NCBI GenBank assembly: GCA_964016885.1
Contig: OZ024757.1
Location: forward strand, 7,192,001 to 7,256,000
Reading direction: 5' to 3'
DNA: 64,000 nt
DNA from: Eledone cirrhosa
Lineage: Eukaryota
Both the position numbers and the translations under genes were made by a program. How positions within the stretch are numbered: the stretch's first letter is position 1; every line of letters begins with the position of its first letter. Under the pieces are notes generated by a model that was not told where the DNA came from, ran no database searches, and saw nothing but the letters and a program-made list of their open reading frames with translations. Positions 25,201 through 36,265 of this stretch are shown in pieces.

Positions 25201-26345
25201 CACATCTAATGTGTTACATACACACACATCTACTGAGCTACATACACACACATCTACTGGGTTACACAGACACACACATCTACTGCGTTACATACAAACA
25301 CATCTACTATGTTACATACACACACACATCTACTATGTTACATACACACACATCTACTATGTTACATACACACACACATCTACTATGTTACATACATACA
25401 TATCTACTGAGTTACATACACACACATCTACTGTGTTACATACACACACATCTACTATGTTACATACACACACACATCTACTATGTTACATACACACACA
25501 TCTGGGTTACACACACACACATCTACTCATACATATTCATAAATAGACACACAATACAAAATAATGATTACATACACACACATCTCTGTAATGATTGAGG
25601 AAGTAATTGGCTGGTGAAACGCTATAGCGATGTGTGTGTGTTGCATACCTTTAAGGTTTCCCGGCTTCGTAGCCTTTTCGAAGATTTTATTATAATTATG
25701 AACCTTGTATTTCAATTAATTATGACTAATTTTGAGCTATTTATCACAATTGTTAGTTAATTACTAACATAGTAACATAACATATGGTTGTTATATAGAA
25801 TTTCGTTGGAAGACTTTAATTTAGATAGGAACCATTTCCATAGAACGAGAACCAATTTTGGCTGGGTTCCTACCAAAAGGGTTAATTAAGAATTCTGAAC
25901 AATTTACTAAAATTGTTAATTATTTCATTACTAGGATAATGTTTGAATACACAATTATATGTGTGTGTGTATATATATATACAGTATATATATACAGTAT
26001 ATATATATAAACAGTATATATATACAGTATATATATAGTACACAAAAGATGTAGTGGGATAATGAGTAGTCTTAAGACAAAGTCTGTCAAGATAGCTGTG
26101 CTGTAACTTACACTTATTGGGACTGTGTGTTGGCTAGCAGGCCTGTATTTTGGGACCTAGCTGGTCCATTATGAGGGAGGTCTGGTTAGTTGGCAACACC
26201 ATACCTTACTTGTGGTATATGTATGCATAGAAATAAGTTATTGTATATGTATAACTGTCCATCTATATGTATACATGTATGTTTAAGTATGTGTTTACAT
26301 ACATATATACATTTTCAGCTGTATGCATGTAAGAGTATATATAGC
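22215..26345. repeat. Segmental duplication copy B+A
   Basis: Block B (as at 4764-5324) runs directly into block A (as at 1-2400). Confidence 0.9.
22292..22475 (+). mobile_element. Full-length SINE A with 18-bp TSD
   Basis: A box TGGCAGTATCGG, B-box-like GAGTTAAAATCCC; attataactttaattaat at 22274-22291 and 22476-22493; empty site at ~4821-4840. Confidence 0.92.
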
Positions 26346-26474
26346 TTTATATATATATATAAACATACATATGAGTGTATATATATATATATATATAAAT
26401 ATATAAACATACATATGAGTGTGTATATATATATATATATATAAACATACATATGAGTGTATATATATATATTC

Positions 26475-26516
<42 letters not shown>

Positions 26517-26579
26517 TCATCATCATCGTTTAACGTCCATATATATATAAACATACATATGAGTGTATATATATATATA

Positions 26580-26917
26580 TCATCATCATCATCATTTTAC
26601 GTCTGCTTTTTCCCTGCTTGCAAGGGTGAGAGGGGAACTGATTCTGGCTTGATTGCTACAGCTGGATGCCCTTCCTAACACCAACCTCATTTACAGTGAG
26701 TGCTGGGTGCGTTTTTGCCGTGGCACCTCCACGACCACTTTGCAGTGGAATGAGAGGGACCCCAGTTCCTATCATCTCATTTCTACAGCTGAGTAAACTG
26801 GAGCAATGTGAAATAAAGTGCCTTGCTCAAGGAAACAACACATCACCTGGTTTGAGAATTGAACTCATAACCTTTCGATTGCAAGGCCAATGCTCTAACC
26901 ACTAAGCCATGTGCCTC
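26580..26917 (-). mobile_element. Full-length SINE B: tRNA head, central domain and RTE-derived 3' tail
   Basis: Head gaggcacatggcttagtggttagagc...gagttcaattc; tail cccttgcaagcagggaaaa...gtaaaa(TGA)n like the RTE end at 16240-16288. Confidence 0.88.
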
Positions 26918-27011
<94 letters not shown>

Positions 27012-27053
27012 TTTGTATTGTATTGTATTGTTATGTTATGTTATGTTATGTTA

Positions 27054-28532
27054 TGTACAATCTATGTATAATGAAACACTCAGTAAGGTTAGAATTGACA
27101 ATGAATATTGTGAAGAATTTAGTGTAAAAGTTGGTGTTCACCAAGGCTCTGTCCTTAGCCCCCTCCTATTTATTATTGGCCTTCAGGCTATAACAGAGGA
27201 GTTCAAGACGGGCTGCCCATGGGAACTCTTATATGCAGATGATCTAACGCTCATAGCTGAATCAATGGCTGAACTAGAGAAGAAATTCCAAACATGCAAA
27301 CATGGTCTAGAATCAAAAGGCCTTAAAGTTAACTTGTCTAAGACTGAAGTCCTAGTTTGTAGAAAGGAAAATAAGGCACAGGTACCCTCAGGGAAATGGC
27401 CTTGCTCATTGAGTAGGAAAGGAGAGGGCAGAAATTCAATTTTATGTCCCAAATGCAAAGTATGGGTACATAAAGATGTAGTAGGATCACAGGTAAACTA
27501 TCTAAGAATGTAGACTTTATATGTGGCCAATGCTCAGGTGACAGGTAGCAAGTTTCCACAGGATACTAGCCCCTTCTATTGCCCAGATGGTTCCATAGAA
27601 ATAATAGACACTTTCCGTTACCTGGGTGACAAAATCAGCAGTGGTGGAGGGTGTTCTGAAAGTACAGTAGCCAGAGTCAGAACTGGATGGAAAAAGTTCA
27701 GAGAGCTTATACCACTATTGGCCGCTAAAGGGTTCTCTCTAAAAATGAAAGGCAGGCTGTATGATGCCTGCATACGAACAGCAATGTTAAATGGCAGTGA
27801 GACCTGGGCATTGTGTGCAGAGGATATATGCAGACTGGACAGAAACGAAGCTTGCATGCTCCGCTGGATGTGTAATAGTAATATACGTGAACGGCAAAGC
27901 ATAAACAAACTAAGGGAGAAATTAGGAATAAGAGGGATCAGATGTTGTTTACTCGAGAGAAGACTACGTTGGTATGTTCACGTGATGAGCATGAAAGACG
28001 ACAGCTGTATAAAAAAGTGCAGGGCGATAAAAATAGGCGGTAGCCACGGAGTAGGCAGATCCAGAAAAACGTGGGACGACTTGATAAATTCCGACCTCAC
28101 ACACTTACATCTCTCTAAGACAATGTCACTGGACCGAGATCTTTGGCGCTACCTAGTCATACAGAAGACCCGCCTTGCCTAAGTACAAAGCGAAACCTAG
28201 TCAGTAGGCACCTCTAACAAAATACACCCCTGTCCCACTACCCCCACCCCATCCACACCACCCCCTTAAATGTCCAGTCCGAAACAAATGAGGTTGTGTT
28301 GGTGTCACGACAAAAAAACACACAGTCCATGCTGTAATGTGGCCATGTAGGCAACACGGTAAAAACCTCCCAGTCCACACTGTAAACGTGGTTGGTGTTA
28401 GGAAGGGCATCCAGCCTTAGAAAACCCGCCAGACTGTCCTATACGAGCAGGACAACAAATCTTGCCTCAAGTGGGAAACCTCCCGTCCAAACCCATGCAA
28501 GCATGGAAGATGGACGTTAAACGATGAATGAT
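27054..28532 (+). mobile_element. 5'-truncated RTE LINE (RT C-half, PHD-like insert, 3'UTR); frameshift at ~27475
   Basis: GVHQGSVLSPLLF, LLYADD, FRYLG, ERRLRWY in ORFs 26911-27513 and 27523-28182. Confidence 0.95.
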
Positions 28533-29045
28533 ATAAAACATATCTGTAATGTTATTTATATATATATAAAACATATATGTAATATTATTTATATATATAT
28601 ATATAAAACATATTTGTAATGTTAATCAATTGAAAATTAAACTTAAAGGTGTAGTAATGCCACAAACGTTTTTCTATCTTTAAATAATTAGATACTTCTT
28701 TATATAATTGTAAATACAAGTGCCACAGCACATATATATATATATATATATATACATGCTAGAGTCCCAGAGAACGAGAGAAGAATGAAGGACAGGTATA
28801 TGCATGGTATAAATAGCAGCCAAAGCCCAGCAAAGTACAGAACGAAGAACACACACACTCCCTCTCTCTTTCTCTCTCTCACACACACACATATATATTT
28901 ATGTATGCATGTATGTATATGGTTAATGGAATTATGTAATAAAATGAAGATGTACAAATAAAACTGTCTCTTATTTATTACACTGACACTTCGATTGATA
29001 CCTTACTGAGAAAATCCTAATCGTGCTTTATTATATATATATATA

Positions 29046-29236
29046 GGGCGGTGGATTGGCAGTATTGGGAGAGGGTCGGACGCCATGCTTTGACGTATAG
29101 AGTTACGGCCCTTGCCGTTCTGAGTTCAAATACCGCTGAGGTTAACTTTGCCTTTCATCCTTACGGGGTCGATAAAATAAAGTACCAGTAATGCACTGGG
29201 TAATTGCTGGCCTTGTGCCTAATGTAGAAACAATTA
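29046..29236 (+). mobile_element. Full-length SINE A in a (TA)n tract
   Basis: Colinear with 22292-22475. Confidence 0.9.
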
Positions 29237-29260
29237 TATATAATATATATATATATATAT

Positions 29261-29569
29261 ATATTAATTCAAAATATTAACAAAAATAGACATTCGTGTG
29301 ATCAAGTATATTTTATTATACATATTTCAGAGGTACTGAGCTATCTTCAACAGTACGTCCTCATCAGATAAAATAAGATGAAGCATGACATACCCTGACA
29401 TAGTAGATGGTTAAGATTCAGTCATGGTATGTCAGGGTATGTCATGCATCATCTTATTTTATCTGATGAGGACGTACTGTTGAAGATAGCTCAGTACCTC
29501 TGAAATATGTATAATAAAATATAGTTGATCACACGAATGTCTATTTTTGTTAATATTTAGAATTAATAT
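29261..29569. repeat. Inverted repeat (arms 29261-29402 and 29428-29569), probable Penelope inverted pseudo-LTR
   Basis: ~142-bp arms with ~3 mismatches and 25-bp spacer; a hammerhead motif in each arm; downstream sequence recurs at 35726-35842. Confidence 0.85.
29456..29520 (+). ncRNA. Type-I hammerhead ribozyme motif (mirror copy 29310-29374, minus strand)
   Basis: Stem I AUUUUAU/AUAAAAU; CUGAUGA; stem II GGACGUACUG/CAGUACCUCU; GAAA; stem III AUA-UG-UAU; AUA cleavage triplet. Confidence 0.72.
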
Positions 29570-30581
29570 TAATAACTCTGGAAAACCATAGCTGTTGAGT
29601 GCTTCCCATCTATTGTAAAACTCATTCTTTGATTTATTCATTGAACCCTGTTTAACCTTTAAATATATATATATATATATGTAAAAGGTAAACAGAAATA
29701 ACAACACAATCGGTACAGTACATGGAAGGTATATATTAGGTTAACGCTTGATATGGCAGGAAGAGGCTCTTAACGTTTTGGACGCTAGTCCTTTATCGGA
29801 AGAAAGAGTGATAAATAAAATAGATATATATATATATATATAGTAAAGCACTTTACGATTAGGATTATATATATAAGTTATTCCTGGTTGAATCGGAGGT
29901 AACTACAGTAAGTAAGGTACTCAATATATAGCAGAGTATAAATGTTTTAATATAGAAAAGCTTCTACAGGACTAGAACTGATTCATTCGTGAGAAATCAT
30001 CAGGGAGCTGCCTGTCCAGGTAGTTGTATTTATATATTTTCTTTTCTGGTGGTAGGAGAGGGTGGGGTTTGGGATGGGTGGAGGTCATTGGTTGAAGGAT
30101 TTAAAGAAAAGGGAGGTCATTAAAAGCTAATTCTTTAAAGCTATAGTATTAACAAAGGCAGGAAGAATAATGTAAACAAAATCATGTTTGGAATTCCAAT
30201 CCTAGTTTATCACTTAGACTAACAATGGCTGTAAGACAGGTCTCTACAGGATGGGTGGGGTTCAATGGTTTAAAGAAAAGGGAAATTCTTTAAGGCTGAA
30301 ATAAGGGTGACAAAGGCAGAAAGGGTTCCATCAACAGATTCAAGTGTTGGGTGCTTCCCCTTATTGTGAAGTTTCTCTTAATATATATTCCAGGTGTTGA
30401 CAAACACATTCACACACTCGCCCACTTACACACGTACACACACATACACGCACACACACAACACACATACATAATGGTACATACACACATACAAATATAT
30501 ATACACATACATATATATATATATACATATAACATATGTATATATATATGTATATATATATATATATATACATATACATGG

Positions 30582-33330
30582 TTGACTGGGTGGTATTTCT
30601 AATGTCACCAACACAACCACCCTACAGGGTGGACTGGGTGGTATTTCTCATGTCACCAACATAACCACCTTACAGGGTGGACTGGGTGGTATTTCTAATG
30701 TCACCATCGCAACCACCTTACAGGGTGGACTGGGTGGTATTTCATGTCACCAACACAACCACCTTACAGGGTAGACTGGGTGGTATTTCTCATGTCAACA
30801 ACATAACCCCCTTACAGGGTAGACTGGGTGGTATTTCTCATGTCACCAACACAACCACCTACAGGGTGGACTGGGTGGTATTTCTCATGTCAACAACATA
30901 ACCCCCTTACAGGGTAGACTGGGTGGTATTTCTCATGTCACCAGCACAACCACCTTACAGGGTAGACTGGGTGGTATTTCTCATGTCACCAGCACAACCA
31001 CCTTACAGGGTAGACTGGGTGGTATTTCTCATGTCACCAGCACAACCACCTTACAGGGTAGACTGGGTGGTATTTCTCATGTCACCAGCACAACCACCTT
31101 ACAGGGTAGACTGGGTGGTATTTCTCATGTCACCAGCACAACCACCTTACAGGGTAGACTGGGTGGTATTTCTCATGTCACCAGCACAACCACCTTACAG
31201 GGTAGACTGGGTGGTATTTCTCATGTCAACAACATAACCACCTTACAGGGTAGACTGGGTGGTATTTCTCATGTCACCAACGCAACCACATTACAGGGTA
31301 GACTGGGTGGTATTTCTCATGTCACCATCACAACCACCTTACAGGGTAGACTGGGTGGTATTTCTCATGTCAACAACATAACCACCTTACAGGGTAGACT
31401 GGGTGGTATTTCTCATGTCACCATCACAACCACCTTACAGGGTAGACTGGGTGGTATTTCTCATGTCAACAACATAACCACCTTACAGGGTAGACTGGGT
31501 GGTATTTCTCATGTCACCATCACAACCACCTTACAGGGTAGACTGGGTGGTATTTCTCATGTCAACAACATAACCACCTTACAGGGTGGACTGGGTGGTA
31601 TTTCTCATGTCACCAACACAACCACCTTACAGGGTGGACTGGGTGGTATTTCTCATGTCAACAACATAACCACCTTACAGGGTGGACTGGGTGGTATTTC
31701 TCATGTCACCACCACAACCACCTTACAGGGTGGACTGGGTGGTATTTCTCATGTCACCATCACAACCACCTTACAGGGTAGACTGGGTGGTATTTCTCAT
31801 GTCACCATCACAACCACCTTACAGGGTGGACTGGGTGGTATTTCTCATGTCACCATCACAACCACCTTACAGGGTGGACTGGGTGGTATTTCTCATGTCA
31901 CCATCACAACCACCTTACAGGGTGGACTGGGTGGTATTTCTCATGTCACCATCACAACCACCTTACAGGGTAGACTGGGTGGTATTTCTCATGTCACCAT
32001 CACAACCACCTTACAGGGTGGACTGGGTGGTATTTCTCATGTCACCATCACAACCACCTTACAGGGTGGACTGGGTGGTATTTCTCATGTCACCATCACA
32101 ACCACCTTACAGGGTGGACTGGGTGGTATTTCTCATGTCACCACCACAACCACCTTACAGGGTGGACTGGGTGGTATTTCTCATGTCACCATCACAACCA
32201 CCTTACAGGGTGGACTGGGTGGTATTTCTCATGTCACCAACACAACCACCTTACAGGGTGGACTGGGTGGTATTTCTCATGTCAACAACATAACCACCTT
32301 ACAGGGTAGACTGGGTGGTATTTCTCATGTAACCACCACAACCACCTTACAGGGTAGACTGGGTGGTATTTCTCATGTCACCAACGCAACCACATTACAG
32401 GGTAGACTGGGTGGTATTTCTCATGTCACCAACACAACCACCTTACAGAGTGGACTGGGTGGTATTTCTCATGTCACCAACATAACCACCTTACAGGGTA
32501 GACTGGGTGGTATTTCTCATGTAACCACCACAACCACCTTACAGGGTAGACTGGGTGGTATTTCTCATGTCACCAGCACAACCGCATTACAGGGTAGACT
32601 GGGTGGTATTTCTCATGTCAACAACATAACCCCCTTACAGGGTGGACTGGGTGGTATTTCTCATGTAACCAGTATAACCACCTTACAGGGTGGACTGGGT
32701 GGTATTTCTCATGTCAACAACATAACCACCTTACAGGGTAGACTGGGTGGTATTTCTCATGTCACCAACACAACCACCTTACAGGGTGGACTGGGTGGTA
32801 TTTCTCATGTCACCAACACAACCACCTTACAGGGTAGACTGGGTGGTATTTCTCATGTCAACAACATAACCCCCTTACAGGGTGGACTGGGTGTTATTTC
32901 TCATGTCACCATCACAACCACCTTATAGGGTAGACTGGGTGGTATTTCTCATGTCAACAACATAACCACCTTACAGGGTAGACTGGGTGGTATTTCTCAT
33001 GTCACCAACGCAACCACCTTACAGGGTAGACTGGGTGGTATTTCTCATGTCACCAACACAACCACCTTACAGGGTGGACTGGGTGGTATTTCTCATGTCA
33101 CCATCACAACCACCTTATTGGGTAGACTGGGTGGTATTTCTCATGTCAACAACATAACCACCTTACAGGGTGGACTGGGTGGTATTTCTCATGTCACCAA
33201 CGCAACCACATTACAGGGTAGACTGGGTGGTATTTCTCATGTCAACAACATAACCACCTTATGGAATGGTCTGGGTGGTATTTCTCATGTCAACAACATA
33301 ACCACCTTATGGAATGGTCTGGGTGGTATT
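30582..33330. repeat. 48-bp minisatellite, ~57 copies
   Basis: ggtrgactgggtggtatttctcatgtcacca.cacaaccaccttacag; produces the 16-aa periodic pseudo-ORFs. Confidence 0.95.
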
Positions 33331-33354
33331 GGTGGAGTGCACAACCTACAATGT

Positions 33355-33790
33355 CGACAATGTAGCATTCAGATCGAATTTTCTTTTGATTTAATTTAAT
33401 GAACCATAATCTCTCGGACTCCATTTTAACGGCCATATCAACAGCAAATTGTTGGAAAAGTCCCGAGAACGGTGTAGATGGTTGAATGAATTGTTCCTTA
33501 CCATAAATCAGAAAGCGTAGAAATCCATGCAATTGACAGTTTTCCTAAGGTGTGCCTCACCATTGCCTGCCGAATGTTGAGGAATGCCAAACTGGTATCC
33601 GTCCTCACCGTTGACAAATAGCAATGGATACTGAAGTGCATCGTAGGACCTGTGTGTCTCATTGATACGCTGTAATATGCTGTCTCGGTGCTTTACTATG
33701 ATATATCTCTTGTTGTGCTGTTCACCACAAATAACCGCAGCAATCTCATTACATGTTGGTGCGTTGAACTGACAAGCGTGTTCTCCATGT
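33355..33790 (-). mobile_element. Helitron Rep/helicase N-terminal region fragment
   Basis: FNAPTCNEIAAVI...LQRINETHRSYDALQYPLLFVNGEDGY...MDFYAF*FMVR...LFQQFAVDMAVKMESERLWFIKLNQKKIRSECY; one stop and one frameshift. Confidence 0.9.
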
Positions 33791-33969
33791 CACAACTCAT
33801 GGCAAAAGATTAGGATATGAACAGAAATTTATTTCTAAGTGTATCATTTAAAAAATGACAAGCAACTTTTCGAGTCTGTGGAACTTCTAAGAGTTACTTC
33901 ATGACAATCAGTTTAGATTTGTAAGAGGAAGAGTTAGTTAAAATGTTTCCCTCTTGTGTGTGTTTGTTT

Positions 33970-34757
33970 TTATTTATTTAAGTTACTATTCCTAATAAAA
34001 GATTTCCCACATATTTCACAGTGGTAAGGTCTTTCACCAGTATGTGATCTTTTATGTACAATCAAATTACCACTTTGTACGAAATACTTCCCACATATTT
34101 CACAGTAAAAGGGTTTCTCTCCAGTGTGAGTTCTTTTATGTTTAATCAAGTCATCGCCCCTGACAAAAGATTTCTCACATATTTCACAATGGAAGGGCTT
34201 TATTCCAGTGTGGTTATATCTATGGTTAATGAGACTAGCATTCTGAAAGAAAGATTTCCCACATATTTCACAATCATAATGCTTTTCTCTACTGTGTGTT
34301 CTTTTATGTGCATTGAAATTACTGTTGTATACAAAAGATTTCCCACATATTTCACAATGATAGGGTTTCTCTCCAGTGTGTGTTCTTTTATGAAGTACAA
34401 CACTAAAATGTTCAGCAAAAGCTTTCCCACATATTTCGCAGTGGAAACGTTTTACTCCAGTGTGAGTACGTATATATCTAACAAGATCTGATTTCGAAGT
34501 GAAAGATTTCTCACATATTTGACAGTGATAGGGTTTATCTTTAATGTGTGTTCTTTTATGTGTAGATAATTCATCTTCTGGTGAGAAAGTTTTCCTACAA
34601 ATCTCACAGCTATATTCAGGAATATTTCTGTATAATGATCCTTGTTCAGTACATGTTTCACTAGGTAAAGTTTCTCACCACTGTATGTCTGTGTAACTCT
34701 ATCCATATTGGTAGAAACAGGTGTGGTAGAAATGTCCAAGTGTTTAACGTCCTCCAT
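33970..34757 (-). pseudogene. C2H2-ZNF locus 1, 8 fingers, 1-bp deletion at ~34670 and TAA in last finger
   Basis: MEDVKHLDIST... leader; after the frameshift an open frame of CEICGKxF...[11 protein letters not shown] repeats to TAA at 33970-33972; acceptor atatcttcag ~30 nt upstream of ATG. Confidence 0.9.
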
Positions 34758-35532
34758 CGTAATTATTGAAGATTTCTTCGAAGTTCTGAAGATATATGAC
34801 TGTGTAAGACTGATGTTGGTATAAGAAAGTGTAAGAGAGAGAGAGTGTGTGTGCTTGTGTCTTAATAAATGATTGTTCACCACGGAGTGTAGTAAAGTAC
34901 ACAATATCTGCTGTGTTAACAATACAAATGATACGTACTTTATATTTCAAGACCAAGTGTAAAGTCAAGAAAGACCAGGAAAGCTAATTGTTCAGATGTT
35001 GGTGATTTAAACCTATTTCTCACTGTCCTGTAAAATGTGGAACAACCAATTCACGATGTAGCGTAGTTTCTCATGAAATGAAATATTTAATCATGTAGGA
35101 GATGGAACACCTACCCTGGAACATGTAGCTCACTCTATGTTATCTACAGAATATTAACTTTCACCTTAACATGAGATAATTGCTATACAAGATATAATTA
35201 GATTAATTAAAGTTATAATTAAGATAGCAGGTAGGTGGTGTCGTTGACAATGTTTCCCTGATCATAAATAAAACCGGTGTCAGACGTTAAAAGTCCCTGA
35301 CCTAATTTAATACCTTCAGCCAGACCTTCAGTTATATCAATTCACTCCATCAATTGTATCCAACCCATGGTAAAACAAGCAACATCATTCAGTGAAATAT
35401 TTATTACGTATCAACGAGGGAGTCTCCTACCTGGTTACTTGACCTGGTAGAAATAGCAGCCAAATATCATTCTCTACTGTCTTACGGCAACAAAGACGAT
35501 GTTCTGCGATTTAGTCACACACACACACACAC

Positions 35533-35618
<86 letters not shown>

Positions 35619-36016
35619 GTCTGTATATAAGCCCCTAACTCTAAATAAAAATCGCCCATATTCTCAAGTTTAAAACACTGGAGGAAGACATTGAGTCGTT
35701 TAGTCATATATATATATATATATATGTTAATATTTTGAATTAATATTAATAACTCCGGAAAAGCAAAACTGTGGAGTGCTTCTAATCTATTGTAAAACTT
35801 TATTCATTGATTTATTCATTGAACCTTGTTTAACCTTTAAATATATATATGACTAAACGATGTGAGAAAAACCACAACCCTCCATCGCAACTCTACTTTT
35901 GAAAAGCAGAAGAACTGCGAAACCGGTAAAGGAACCAAATAAATATATATATATATTTTTAAATAAGACTCCAGTTGCATTTTCGATTTCATCTTTTTTT
36001 CTTTATATATATATAA

Positions 36017-36108
<92 letters not shown>

Positions 36109-36265
36109 GATGGGTACAGCTAAAACCATTTCCAATATTTAAATATATGCCTACTCGATCATACTAATCTGGGACTTGAATTATGCCATGGTGAGGTTGT
36201 CTCCCCTGGTAGTGTTAATTGTTTGTATATATATTTATATCTCCATCTGTAACTCAATAAAATTT

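Noticed and set aside
24418-25598. H/T/Y-rich ORFs (also 1234-1811)
   Set aside because: Minisatellite artefacts; array length differs about 3-fold between paralogs
29960-30015. Third hammerhead-like CTGATGA motif on the minus strand
   Set aside because: Core reads GAAT rather than GAAA and stem I cannot be formed convincingly
30582-33330. CRISPR-like or repeat-protein appearance of the 48-, 61-, 72- and 100-bp arrays
   Set aside because: Head-to-tail units with no unique spacers, no cas genes, eukaryotic context; frames broken by stops
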